Assembly (NCBI GenBank): GCA_964390595.1
Contig: CAYMIA010000004.1
Span: 4,023 to 68,022, forward strand
From: an uncultured Gammaproteobacteria bacterium
GTDB lineage: Bacteria; Patescibacteriota; Microgenomatia; Daviesbacterales; UBA10151
DNA: 64,000 bases
Direction: 5' to 3'
Shown here: positions 9,394 through 19,191 of the stretch, piece after piece
Position numbering within the stretch: the stretch's first letter is position 1
How the letters are laid out: the number at the start of each line of letters is the position of its first letter
Program-made: the position numbers and the translations under genes
Notes under the pieces: generated by a model
What the model was told of the DNA's origin: nothing
The model's input: only the letters and a program-made list of their open reading frames with translations
Databases searched by the model: none

Positions 9394-11071
9394 GCGGAAA
9401 AATTTAGTAATTCTGATAGCCTTAGTAATTTTAATCATTCCGACTTTTTGGAGGATGCTTCGTCCAGGAATATTTTCCATGCAGGACTTTCACATCTTTC
9501 GGCTTTTTGAGTACCACAAATGTGTACTGGATTTGCAAATTCCTTGCCGGTTTAGTCCAGATGCTTCGTTTGAATATGGTCAGCCGATCTTTAATTTTTA
9601 TGGGCAGCTCAGTTATGCTTTTGGAGAGGTCTTTCTTTTTCTGGGAGCTTCCCACATTGATACTTTAAAAATTTTATTTGCCCTTTCCTTGATATTATCT
9701 GGCCTGTCAATGTTTCTGCTTTCAAAGCAGATGTGGAAGAGTAATTTGGCGGCACTGGTTAGCGCTTTGGTTTATGTTTACGCGCCTTACCGGGCTGTTG
9801 ATGTGTATGTTCGGGGAGCCTTGCCTGAAGCATTTGCTTTTATTTTCTTTCCTTTAATCATTTATTTTTTGAACCGCTTTATTTCGAATCAAAGACAGCG
9901 TGATTTGGTATTTTTTTCTTTAACTTTGGCTGGTTTGATTTTGACACATAACATCTCAGCGTTAATGTTTACCATCTTCCTAGTTATATGGGGAGTGTTT
10001 GTAATCGTTAAAAATCGAGCTTGGAAAGTAATTCCTAAGCTTTTAGTTTCCTGTCTGTTAATCCTTGGTTTGGTGAGCTTTTACATCCTGCCGGTAATTG
10101 GAGAAAGTTCTTATACATCTTTGAATGCGACCACTCAAGGTTATTTTCAATACATCAATCATTATGTCACTCTAAATCAGCTGCTGTTTTCACGGTTTTG
10201 GGGTTATGGAGGGTCAGGCTTTGGAGATCAGGATGGGTTGAGTTTGTCAGTTGGACACTTGCAGTGGATCCTGCCTATTATTGGAGTTTTATTGCTGCTG
10301 GTTTTGCGTAAATGGAGAGAATATAGTGGAGCTCTAGTTTTGTTTGGATTGGGTTGGTTGTTTTTATTTTTGACTCATAATAAATCAACGCCGATCTGGC
10401 AGCTTATTTCACCATTTCATTACATTCAGTTTCCTTGGCGGTTTTTAGGGATGGCTGTTTTTAGTTTCGCGCTTGGTAGTGGAGTGATCATTACATTGAT
10501 CCGCCAGAATTTCTGGCAGAAAATGGCAGTAATTATTATTTGTGTAATGGTCATTGGTTTGAATTTTGGATTTTTCTTTGAAGATCTGTGGTTTAAGATC
10601 GATGATAGGGCTCAATTTAGCGGTAAGAATTATGAACAATTAATTAGCGCCTCGATTGAAGATTACTGGCCAAGATATGGGGCACATGTACCAAGCAAAA
10701 TAGCGCCAAAAGATCCATTGGTGACAGAGGGGGTTGGTTCATCCAAACCAGTTAGTAAATCCACCAATCAGGCTAAATATAATGTGGATATTAGGTCAAA
10801 ACAGGCCTTAGTGACTATTCCGGTAGTTTATTTTCCAGGTTGGGTGGGGTTTGTTGACGGTAAACCCACTAGTATTTTTCCTGAACCAGATTTGGGAGCG
10901 ATCACTTTTCAAGTTCCTCAGGGATTTCATACTGTTTCAGTTAAATTTACTGACACTCCAGTTCGGGTTATTGGCAATCTAATCTCCTTTTTAACTATTT
11001 TTTTATTCTGCCTGATCTTTTTTAAATATGAACTGATTAAAAAATACTATGAAAAAGTTTTTAAGAGATAA
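9371..11071 (+). CDS. YfhO/PTPS-related GT-C membrane protein
   Basis: Likely ATG 9371. Paralogue of the C-terminal part of 6853..9393: PCRF, PIFNFY, YAPYR..YVRGALPE, QFPWRF, YFPGW. Confidence 0.8.
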   Translation: MLANQLFKRKNLVILIALVILIIPTFWRMLRPGIFSMQDFHIFRLFEYHKCVLDLQIPCRFSPDASFEYGQPIFNFYGQLSYAFGEVFLFLGASHIDTLKILFALSLILSGLSMFLLSKQMWKSNLAALVSALVYVYAPYRAVDVYVRGALPEAFAFIFFPLIIYFLNRFISNQRQRDLVFFSLTLAGLILTHNISALMFTIFLVIWGVFVIVKNRAWKVIPKLLVSCLLILGLVSFYILPVIGESSYTSLNATTQGYFQYINHYVTLNQLLFSRFWGYGGSGFGDQDGLSLSVGHLQWILPIIGVLLLLVLRKWREYSGALVLFGLGWLFLFLTHNKSTPIWQLISPFHYIQFPWRFLGMAVFSFALGSGVIITLIRQNFWQKMAVIIICVMVIGLNFGFFFEDLWFKIDDRAQFSGKNYEQLISASIEDYWPRYGAHVPSKIAPKDPLVTEGVGSSKPVSKSTNQAKYNVDIRSKQALVTIPVVYFPGWVGFVDGKPTSIFPEPDLGAITFQVPQGFHTVSVKFTDTPVRVIGNLISFLTIFLFCLIFFKYELIKKYYEKVFKR

Positions 11072-12659
11072 CCTAGCTTTAATTCTGATACTGATTTTGG
11101 GAGGGTTCTTGATATTCTGGGGGAGTGTGCCTCCCTCTCTGAATTGGGATGAGGCTTCCTTGGGGTATAATGCCTATTCAATTTTAAAAACTGGCCGGGA
11201 TGAATGGGGCAGGGTAATGCCGCTGAGCTTTGAAGCCTTTGGAGATTACAAGCTACCAGGTTATATCTATACTTTAGTTCACTTTGAAGCGATCTTTGGA
11301 TTGCATCCTTGGGTGGTGAGACTCCCATCACAGCTAGCTGGACTTATTTCAATTGGTTTACTGTATTTAATCATTTGGAAAATGACTAAAAATAAAAGAT
11401 GGGCAGTTGCAGCAGGTTTACTTCTGGCTATTTCCCCCTGGCATAGTTTAGTTTCTAGAGTGGCCTTAGAAGCTAATTTGGCTTTGAGTTTTTTTCTGGC
11501 TGCCTTATATTTTGGTATCTTAGGTTTTAAGAAAAGAAGGTTTTGGCTCTTTGCCAGTGTTTTGCTGGGACTCTCTTTATTTACCTATAATTCAGCCAGA
11601 CTTTTTATTCCACTTTTTTTAATTTCTGCTGTAATAATTTACTGGAAAAAGATAATTCAACTAAAACGGTCGCTGGTTTTACCAGGGTTGATACTTTTAC
11701 CTTTTTTTCTGGGGGCGGTTTATCTAGCTGTTTTTGTAGATAGCAGTTCTAGATACTACTGGATAAGTATTGTTGATCAAGGTGCAATTAATTATTTAAA
11801 TGAGTCGAGAGCTCAAAGCCAGTGGCCAGAGGCTGTGACTAAATTGGTTTTTAACAGATTTACCTATTTTGGCTTTAAAGCTGGGGGGAATTACTTGAGC
11901 TATTTTTCCCCGCAATATCTGTTTTTTTCAGGTGGATCAAACTATCAATTTTCAACGCCTGGTTATGGAGAACTTTATCTGATAGAGTTTCCTTTTTTGA
12001 TTTTTGGATTATTTCAGTTGTTAAAAAAAAGATACCGCTTCGGTATATTACTGGCTTGGTTTTTAATTGCTCCAATTTCAGCTTCAATAACTAGAGAAGC
12101 ACCACATGTTTTAAGATCACTGTTTTTTCTGGCTGTTTTACCAATCATCTCTGGTTTAGGGTTGTTGTCACTCATTGATCTATTTAAAAGAAACACATAT
12201 AGAAAAATAGCTGTTGGATTTGTATCTTTGTTTTTTTTGTTAAGCGCCGGTCTATATTTTTACAATTACTTTAAAGTTTATCCAGTGAAATATTCTCAGT
12301 CTTTTCAATATGGGATGAAACAAGTAGTTGAGTATGTTAATACCCATCCTGGGAAGGTCATTTATATATCTAAACATTCAGGTGAACCGCATATTTTTTA
12401 TCTTTTTTTCAGCCAATACGATCCAGCTAGATACCAAAACAATCCAACTTTGATTAGATACGCAAAGAGTAACTGGAGATGGGTGGATAGAATTGATAAT
12501 ATATATTTTGTGAATGATTGGGAAGTTAAGAATAAGTTAAAAAATCAAGTTGGGGTGATTTTAATCACCTCTCCTGGAAATTATCCTAATGGGTGGAAAG
12601 TCCAAGAATCAATTTATTACTTAGATGGTACCAAAGCTTTTGATGTTGTTTCGGCCTAA
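11049..12659 (+). CDS. GT-C membrane glycosyltransferase, PMT_2/ArnT-like
   Basis: NWDEASLGYNAYSILKTGRDEWG, FGDYKLP, VRLPS, SPWH..SR. Confidence 0.85.
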   Translation: MKKFLRDNLALILILILGGFLIFWGSVPPSLNWDEASLGYNAYSILKTGRDEWGRVMPLSFEAFGDYKLPGYIYTLVHFEAIFGLHPWVVRLPSQLAGLISIGLLYLIIWKMTKNKRWAVAAGLLLAISPWHSLVSRVALEANLALSFFLAALYFGILGFKKRRFWLFASVLLGLSLFTYNSARLFIPLFLISAVIIYWKKIIQLKRSLVLPGLILLPFFLGAVYLAVFVDSSSRYYWISIVDQGAINYLNESRAQSQWPEAVTKLVFNRFTYFGFKAGGNYLSYFSPQYLFFSGGSNYQFSTPGYGELYLIEFPFLIFGLFQLLKKRYRFGILLAWFLIAPISASITREAPHVLRSLFFLAVLPIISGLGLLSLIDLFKRNTYRKIAVGFVSLFFLLSAGLYFYNYFKVYPVKYSQSFQYGMKQVVEYVNTHPGKVIYISKHSGEPHIFYLFFSQYDPARYQNNPTLIRYAKSNWRWVDRIDNIYFVNDWEVKNKLKNQVGVILITSPGNYPNGWKVQESIYYLDGTKAFDVVSA

Positions 12660-14334
12660 TATAATTTTGAGCGGGCTGGTTTTAATCCTTTTACTAGGTG
12701 GACTGCTTAGAGCTTATCAGATTGGTAGTAATCCACCAGGTTTAACTTGGGATGAGGCCTCCTTTGGTTATAACGCCTATTCAATTTTAAAAACAGGTAA
12801 AGATGAATACGGCAATTTTTTGCCATTACAACTTAAATCTTTTGGTGACTATAAACCAGCAGTTTATACTTACCTCTCGATTCCATTTATAGCCACCTTA
12901 GGTTTAACTGAAACCGCTGTTAGGTTGCCAAATGTTATATTGGGGACTTTAACAATATTGATGGTTTATCTTTTGGTTAACTTACTTTTTAAGAATAAGT
13001 TTCTGGCTTTGGCCTGCGCCTTGATGATGGCGATTTCGCCTTACGCGATTCAATTTTCGCGTCCAGCTTATGAGGTTAGTACAGCTTTGTTTTTTAATAT
13101 TTCAGCGGCTTATTTTTTTGTCCGGGGGTTAAAAAAACCGCAATTTTTTATATTGTCGGCTTTATTTTTTGGATTATCACTTTTTACCTATCAAGCCTCC
13201 AGGCTGTTTGTGCCATTGATAGTTTTGGCTTTAGTTATTACCAATATAAAAGAACTGAAGCTATCCAAGTTTTTGGTGGCATCTGGGGTAACGCTGGCAG
13301 TTTTTATGGCTTTGGCTGGTTTGCTGATTATACTTTTCCATCAGTCTAATCGAATTGCTGCAACCAGCTATTTTAAATATGCTGATAACAGGGCTACCAT
13401 TTCCCTGGCTAAACAAGAGAGCCCGAATGGTTATTCGAATTTAGGATTTCAGATCTTGCATGGAGATTGGTTTTACAACATTAGGGGGCTTGGGGAGCAT
13501 TATTTGATCTATTTTTCCCCATCAATTTTATTTGTTAATGGTGATTATGATCTGAGACACAAAGTTCCAGACTTGGGAGTTTTGTATTATATATCAGCAG
13601 TATTGATACCCCTTGGACTGGTTTTGGCCTTCAAAAAAAAGGAATCAAAGATTATTCTACTCTGGCTTTTGATTGCTCCACTGCCTGCAGTGCTTTCCAG
13701 GGATTTAATTAATTTTCAGCGGGCTTTTAATTTAAGTTTACCTCTATCTGTGCTGGAGGGGTTTGGGTTATATTTTCTGGTCAAGTACCTACTAACTTTA
13801 CCAAAAGTTAAATCCAGTATCCTTCTTTCTATAGTTAGTTTGGTAATTTTGGGAAATTTTTTAATCTATCTGGACCGGTATTTTGTTCATGGTCCAAAGG
13901 AACTTTCCAGAGGTTGGTTGTATGGTTACAAAGAAGTAATGTTGGGTTTAGCGCCTGAGAAGTACCAGCAAGTTATTATGACAGATTTTTATAAACAACC
14001 ATATATTTTCTATCTATTTTATAAACAGTATCCGCCTGAAAAGTTCCAAAAACAGGCAGTTTTGGATCAGCCAACTGCAGATGTAGGAGAGATTAAAAGG
14101 ATTGATAATATTGAGTTTAGACATGTTTATTTTCCTGATGATAGAAATCTGAAGAATACCTTGCTGATTGGGATAGAAGATGAGTTGCCAGATAATGATG
14201 TTAAGGGAGCGCAGGGTAGTCAGTTAATTGGTCAAATTAACTTTTTAGATCAGACACCAGCTTTTAGAATAGTGGAGAATGAATCTTCACGAGCAGGTAC
14301 TCGCAGCTTTTCTTCTGGAGAAAAAAATAGATGA
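12643..14334 (+). CDS. GT-C membrane glycosyltransferase, PMT_2/ArnT-like
   Basis: Start ATG 12643 or 12625. TWDEASFGYNAYSILKTGKDEYG, FGDYKP, VRLP. Confidence 0.85.
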   Translation: MLFRPNIILSGLVLILLLGGLLRAYQIGSNPPGLTWDEASFGYNAYSILKTGKDEYGNFLPLQLKSFGDYKPAVYTYLSIPFIATLGLTETAVRLPNVILGTLTILMVYLLVNLLFKNKFLALACALMMAISPYAIQFSRPAYEVSTALFFNISAAYFFVRGLKKPQFFILSALFFGLSLFTYQASRLFVPLIVLALVITNIKELKLSKFLVASGVTLAVFMALAGLLIILFHQSNRIAATSYFKYADNRATISLAKQESPNGYSNLGFQILHGDWFYNIRGLGEHYLIYFSPSILFVNGDYDLRHKVPDLGVLYYISAVLIPLGLVLAFKKKESKIILLWLLIAPLPAVLSRDLINFQRAFNLSLPLSVLEGFGLYFLVKYLLTLPKVKSSILLSIVSLVILGNFLIYLDRYFVHGPKELSRGWLYGYKEVMLGLAPEKYQQVIMTDFYKQPYIFYLFYKQYPPEKFQKQAVLDQPTADVGEIKRIDNIEFRHVYFPDDRNLKNTLLIGIEDELPDNDVKGAQGSQLIGQINFLDQTPAFRIVENESSRAGTRSFSSGEKNR

Positions 14335-15962
14335 AATTATTCTGGCAAAAATATTGGATCAGTTTGATATTGGTGGCCATTTTGGGGTTGGGACTTTTTT
14401 TGCGGACAGCTTGGTTAAGTAGCTTCCCAGCTGGGTTTAACGCTGATGAAGCGGCAATTGGCTACAATGCTTACTCTTTACTCCAAACAGGTAAGGATGA
14501 ATATGGAACAGCGTTTCCACTGGCCTTTAAATCATTCGGGGATTTTAAACCGGGACTTTATTTTTATTTTGTCTTACCTTTTGTGGCTATTTTTGGATTA
14601 ACTGAGTTAGCAGTGCGTTTACCCTCAGCTCTTTTTGGGGTGGGGACTATCTTTTTGATTTTTCTGCTTTCAAATGAGGTCTTTAAAGACCGGAGAATTG
14701 GACTAATCAGTGCTTTTTTGCTTTCAATTACTCCTTGGCATATTCATTTTAGTAGAGGTGGATGGGAGACTAATGTTGCCACTTTTTTTATAACTTTAGG
14801 CGTTTTTCTTTTTATAAAGGGCTTGCGGTCAAATTGGGTGATGTTTTGGAGTCTATTTTCTTTTCTGATCTCGATGTATCTTTACCAATCACCCCGGTTG
14901 GTAGTGCCAGTTTTGGTTTTAGGTTTAGGATTATTTTTTAGGAAGCAGCTTAAAGTTAACTTTAAAGCCAAAATTAAATATCTAATTGTCCTTTTGGTTT
15001 TAACGGTTCCACTAGTTTTACAATTTACCTCTGGTGGTGGAAGCTCACGCTTTTCAGGTCTGTCTTTTTTGTCTGATGCTGGGCCTAAGTCCCGGGTGGA
15101 GCAGCTGCGGGGTGAGCATGATAGCAAATTAATTGCCACTCTTTTACATAATAAAGTGACAGGTTATGGAACTAATTTTTTAGGACATTATTTGGATCAT
15201 TTTAGTTTAGATTTCTTATTTATTAATGGGGATCCATTGATCCGCAATAAAGTTCCAGAGGTTGGTCAGTTTTATCTAATTGAGGCTTTGTTTTTGGTGG
15301 TTGGATTTTGGGGGTTGGTTAAACAGAAAATTAAATTAGGGCTTTTATTAATTCTTTGGATATTGATCTCGCCGCTTGCCTCTTCACTGACTTACCAAAC
15401 GCCAAGTGCGCTTAGAGCATTAAGTATGGTTGTGCCGTTAACTATGATCATGGGGTTTGGATTGTGGAGCTTGCTAACCTCGGTTAAAAAATTACCTTGG
15501 CGGTTTTTAGCAGTTGGTTTAATTGGAGTAATTTTAATTTTTGAAACAGCCCACTACCTGGATGCTTATTTTATTCATTACCCAAAACGATACCCGCTAT
15601 CATGGGAGTATGGATTTAATCAAATGGTTGATAAGTTGCAACAATATCAGAGTCAATATAAAAGAGTGGTTATAACTGACCGTTATGATCAACCCTACAT
15701 TCTGGTTTTGTTTTATGAAAAATATGACCCTAAAAAATATCAGCCCCAAGCTAAGTTAACTGACCGGGACAAATTTAATTTTGGGACTGTCAGGAGTTTT
15801 GATAAATATGAATTTCACAGTATTACTACCAAAGAGTTTAAGGGAGCTAAGGACACACTTTTTATTGGAACAGAAAGTGAGATAGAAGACAAGGCCCGGA
15901 TATTTGATAGAATTAAATTTCCAAACGGAGAAGACGTCTTTGTATTTGCCAAGAGTGATTAA
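14331..15962 (+). CDS. GT-C membrane glycosyltransferase, PMT_2/ArnT-like
   Basis: NADEAAIGYNAYSLLQTGKDEYG, FGDFKP, VRLPSA, PWHIHFSR, WEYG. Confidence 0.85.
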   Translation: MKLFWQKYWISLILVAILGLGLFLRTAWLSSFPAGFNADEAAIGYNAYSLLQTGKDEYGTAFPLAFKSFGDFKPGLYFYFVLPFVAIFGLTELAVRLPSALFGVGTIFLIFLLSNEVFKDRRIGLISAFLLSITPWHIHFSRGGWETNVATFFITLGVFLFIKGLRSNWVMFWSLFSFLISMYLYQSPRLVVPVLVLGLGLFFRKQLKVNFKAKIKYLIVLLVLTVPLVLQFTSGGGSSRFSGLSFLSDAGPKSRVEQLRGEHDSKLIATLLHNKVTGYGTNFLGHYLDHFSLDFLFINGDPLIRNKVPEVGQFYLIEALFLVVGFWGLVKQKIKLGLLLILWILISPLASSLTYQTPSALRALSMVVPLTMIMGFGLWSLLTSVKKLPWRFLAVGLIGVILIFETAHYLDAYFIHYPKRYPLSWEYGFNQMVDKLQQYQSQYKRVVITDRYDQPYILVLFYEKYDPKKYQPQAKLTDRDKFNFGTVRSFDKYEFHSITTKEFKGAKDTLFIGTESEIEDKARIFDRIKFPNGEDVFVFAKSD

Positions 15963-15965
15963 ATT

Positions 15966-16826
15966 ATGTCAATAAAAATATCGGCAGCAATAGCGACATT
16001 TAATGAAGAAGATAATATTAGAGATTGTTTAAATTCAATCAAAGAAATTGTCGATGAGATCGTCATTGTTGACGGGACTTCAACTGACAGAACAGTTGAG
16101 ATAGCTAAAGAATTTGGTGCCAAAGTTATTATCAAAGATAACCCAGCTAATTTTCATATTAATAAACAGCGATCGTTTGAGGAGTGTAGTGGCGAGTGGA
16201 TTTTGTATCTGGATGCAGATGAGCGGGTTTCTAAAAAATTGGCTAATGAGATAGTCAGTGTAACTCAGATGGATCAAGAAGAACTGGCCAAATATCAAAT
16301 GAAACTACCACACAGAAAACTTTTTTTAAGACATCAGAAGTTAGTAGAGCGACGTGATGGAAATGTCGGAACAGGGGAGGGAGATTATGTAGCTTTTTTC
16401 TTTCCTAGGTTGAACTTTTTTTTGGGGAAATATTTGAGGTATGGTGGAGTTTATCCTGATGGGGTGATTAGGTTCTTTAAAAGAGGCCGAGCCTATTTGC
16501 CAGCCAAAGATGTGCATGAGCAGATGGTGGTTGAGGGGAAAGTCGGTTGGCTTGAACATGACCTACTTCATATTGATTCTCCGACCTTTGGCCGCTATTT
16601 AAAGAGAAATACCCGTTATGTCCAACTTTTAGCGGACCAATTAGCTGATGAAAAAGTTGGAAAAAATTTCCAACAGTTGGTAAATTATATGCTCATCAAA
16701 CCAATACTTTGGTTTTTAATGACTCAAATCCGTCACAAAGGGATTCTGGATGGAATCCCTGGGATTATCTTTTCTTTTTTCTCTGCTCTTAGATTTCCTA
16801 GAGCATATATCTTATACTTAAGATAA
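15966..16826 (+). CDS. GT2 glycosyltransferase, WaaE/KdtX-like, with internal insertion
   Basis: TFNEE, YLDADE, RLNFFLG, YPDGVIRFF, VHE, GILDG. Confidence 0.87.
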   Translation: MSIKISAAIATFNEEDNIRDCLNSIKEIVDEIVIVDGTSTDRTVEIAKEFGAKVIIKDNPANFHINKQRSFEECSGEWILYLDADERVSKKLANEIVSVTQMDQEELAKYQMKLPHRKLFLRHQKLVERRDGNVGTGEGDYVAFFFPRLNFFLGKYLRYGGVYPDGVIRFFKRGRAYLPAKDVHEQMVVEGKVGWLEHDLLHIDSPTFGRYLKRNTRYVQLLADQLADEKVGKNFQQLVNYMLIKPILWFLMTQIRHKGILDGIPGIIFSFFSALRFPRAYILYLR

Positions 16827-16830
16827 GTTT

Positions 16831-17871
16831 ATGAAAATAGGAATTTATTCTCCAGTAGAGCCTTTGGGCCATAGTGGCAGAGGAATTGGTAATTATATTG
16901 TCAATTTAATAGAGGCACTCTCTAGGCGGCATGATTTAGAGGTAGTTGAGTTTAAAAATTCAGCAAAATTACCCGAAGTTGATTTAATTCATTATCCTTT
17001 TTTTGATTTTTTTGACCGGACGCTACCCTTGATAAAGTCTCTTCCGACTGTGGTGACCATTCATGATGTGACACCACTTTTATTTCCTGAACATTATCCG
17101 CCAGGAATCCGGGGTAGAATTAACTTGGCATTTCAAAAGCAATCTTTGAAAAGTGTTGGTGCAATTATAACTGATTCAAAGGTCTCTAAAAAGGATATTA
17201 CATCAGTTTTAAAAGTTTCCGAAGAAAAGATCTTCGTGACTTATTTATCGGCCGCCAAAGATTTTAAAGTGATTGAGGATAAAAAAGTTTTAACAGACAT
17301 AAAAACCAAATATAACTTACCTGAGAAATTTGGACTTTTTATAGGTAATGTCAACTGGAATAAGAATATCCTTAATCTGGCAAGAGCTTGTGCGCAGGCC
17401 CACTTGCCGCTGGTTTTAGTGGGTAAGAGCTTTGAGCAAAGAGATAACTTAAAACACCCGGAGATGAGAAGTTTTACCCAATTTTTGAAGGAATTTAAGG
17501 GTAACCCTTTGGTTTTGATGCTAGGCTTTGTGCCAACAGCAGATTTGGTGGGGATTTTGAATTTAGCCTCAGTTTTTTTATTTCCATCTTTTTATGAAGG
17601 ATTTGGGATGCCTGTTCTGGAGGCGCAAGCCTGTAGGGTACCCGTTATTACTTCAAACAGAGCCTCATTACCTGAGGTGGCAGGGGGAGGAGCTTTGTTT
17701 GTTGATCCATATTCAGTTGAGGAGATCGCCCGGATGATAACCAAGCTGCTATCAGATCAAGCACTGCAAAAAGATTTGATCAAAAAAGGAGTGGAAAATT
17801 TTCATAAGTTTTCTTGGGAGAAAACAGCTGAGGAGACTGTCTTGGCCTACCGGTTTGTACTTAGGATTTGA
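16831..17871 (+). CDS. GT4 glycosyltransferase, MtfB/WbdB mannosyltransferase-like
   Basis: RGIGNY, VVTIHD, FPSFYEGFGMPVLEA, SLPEVAG, FSWEKTA. Confidence 0.9.
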   Translation: MKIGIYSPVEPLGHSGRGIGNYIVNLIEALSRRHDLEVVEFKNSAKLPEVDLIHYPFFDFFDRTLPLIKSLPTVVTIHDVTPLLFPEHYPPGIRGRINLAFQKQSLKSVGAIITDSKVSKKDITSVLKVSEEKIFVTYLSAAKDFKVIEDKKVLTDIKTKYNLPEKFGLFIGNVNWNKNILNLARACAQAHLPLVLVGKSFEQRDNLKHPEMRSFTQFLKEFKGNPLVLMLGFVPTADLVGILNLASVFLFPSFYEGFGMPVLEAQACRVPVITSNRASLPEVAGGGALFVDPYSVEEIARMITKLLSDQALQKDLIKKGVENFHKFSWEKTAEETVLAYRFVLRI

Positions 17872-17874
17872 GGG

Positions 17875-17891
17875 ATGAGGCAAAGCCTCTT
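17875..17891. repeat. intergenic 17-mer ATGAGGCAAAGCCTCTT (copy 1), contains GAGGC-AAA-GCCTC hairpin
   Basis: Identical to 56023..56039; partial third copy at 56050..56060. Confidence 0.8.
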
Positions 17892-17916
17892 GTAAGCGGA
17901 GCTTGATGCTACGCAT

Positions 17917-17922
17917 TAGAAT
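17917..17922 (+). promoter_or_regulatory. putative -10 box (TAGAAT) 6 nt before ATG, leaderless-type
   Basis: TAGAAT-gccaca-ATG(17929). Confidence 0.5.
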
Positions 17923-17928
17923 GCCACA

Positions 17929-19182
17929 ATGAAAAAAAAGATTCAATTACTGCTAAATAATCAGCTGCTTGGTAACAGCGTCTTAATGATAATTGGTTTT
18001 AACGGTGGGAATGCGATCAATTATCTATACCACTTGATTATGGCTAGAATTTTAGGGCCGGCTCATTACGGAGAGTTAGCCACCTTAATAAATGTGATTG
18101 GGATTGTTAGCATGATACCAGCTTCGCTGTCTTTGGTAATTGTTAAGTTTGTATCGTCGGCTAAGTCGGCTGATCAGATTAGCGGGTTACTTAATTGGTT
18201 CGTCAAAAAAACTTATATCGCATCCGGTGTTGTTTCATTGGTTTTTTTAATTCTTAGTCCAGTTTTAGCTAAGTTTTTAAATATTGATAATGTATCACTG
18301 CTAGTGATTCTAGCTTTGACGTTTTTATTTATTTTACCAGCGCTTTTTTATCGTTCAGTTTTGCAGGGACTTTTAAAATTTAAAGAATATGTTATCTCGG
18401 TTTTATCTGAGAATACAATTAAATTAGTCTTTGGAATAGGGTTTGTTTTAGCTGGTTTTTCTGTTTTTGGAGCGATGATTGGATTTGTAGCTGCCACTTG
18501 TTTGGGGTTTTTTCTGAGCAGACACTTTATTAGGATACACCGTAGCCGGGATGTTCAGCCACCCAATTTAGGGAGTCTCTTTAGCTACTCGTTGCCAGTG
18601 CTGATTCAGTCAGTGGCGGTTACATCTTTACTATCAGTTGATGTCATTTTAGTGAAACATTTTTTTGATTCTTACCAAACCGGAATTTATGCAGCTTTTT
18701 CATCTTTAGGAAAGATTATCTTTTATGGTGCCGGACCGATCAGCGCGGTGATGTTTCCTCTGGCTTCGGCCAAAGCTGCCCGCGGCGAAAGTTCGTCAAG
18801 GGTATTTTTATATAGCGTTGGCGCAACTGCGCTACTTGTTTTTGGGGTGGTGTTGATTTATCTATTCTTTCCGAGACTCGCTATTAATATTCCTTTTGGG
18901 AGCTCATATCTGCAGTATTCACAACTGCTAGTTTATTTTGGTTTGTTTATGGGAATGTTTACAATTGGCTATTTATTTACCAACTACTTTTTATCAATCT
19001 CTAAGACTAAAGCGATTGTTTTACCAGTAATAGCTGCTCTAGTTCAGGTAGTTGGGATATTTATTTTTCATAAAAGTTTGCAGTCGGTCATATTAGTTTC
19101 ACTTTTTGCTGGGTTTTTACTGCTTGTTTCATCAGTTGGCTATTTCTTATATCTCTTGCAAACTGACAAAAAAATAGGCTAA
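17929..19182 (+). CDS. Wzx/MOP-family oligosaccharide flippase
   Basis: About 12 TM; ARILGPAHYG, RSVLQGLLKF, DVILVKHFF, GIYAA, VMFP. Confidence 0.85.
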   Translation: MKKKIQLLLNNQLLGNSVLMIIGFNGGNAINYLYHLIMARILGPAHYGELATLINVIGIVSMIPASLSLVIVKFVSSAKSADQISGLLNWFVKKTYIASGVVSLVFLILSPVLAKFLNIDNVSLLVILALTFLFILPALFYRSVLQGLLKFKEYVISVLSENTIKLVFGIGFVLAGFSVFGAMIGFVAATCLGFFLSRHFIRIHRSRDVQPPNLGSLFSYSLPVLIQSVAVTSLLSVDVILVKHFFDSYQTGIYAAFSSLGKIIFYGAGPISAVMFPLASAKAARGESSSRVFLYSVGATALLVFGVVLIYLFFPRLAINIPFGSSYLQYSQLLVYFGLFMGMFTIGYLFTNYFLSISKTKAIVLPVIAALVQVVGIFIFHKSLQSVILVSLFAGFLLLVSSVGYFLYLLQTDKKIG

Positions 19183-19191
19183 GCTTGGCGT

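Noticed and set aside
14279-14335. Extra C-terminal tail of 12643 (ESSRAGTRSFSSGEKNR) flanked by ATGAA repeats with weak hairpins; possible small insertion
   Set aside because: A 5-nt repeat and 4-6 bp stems are within chance, and removing the segment does not restore a clean stop.
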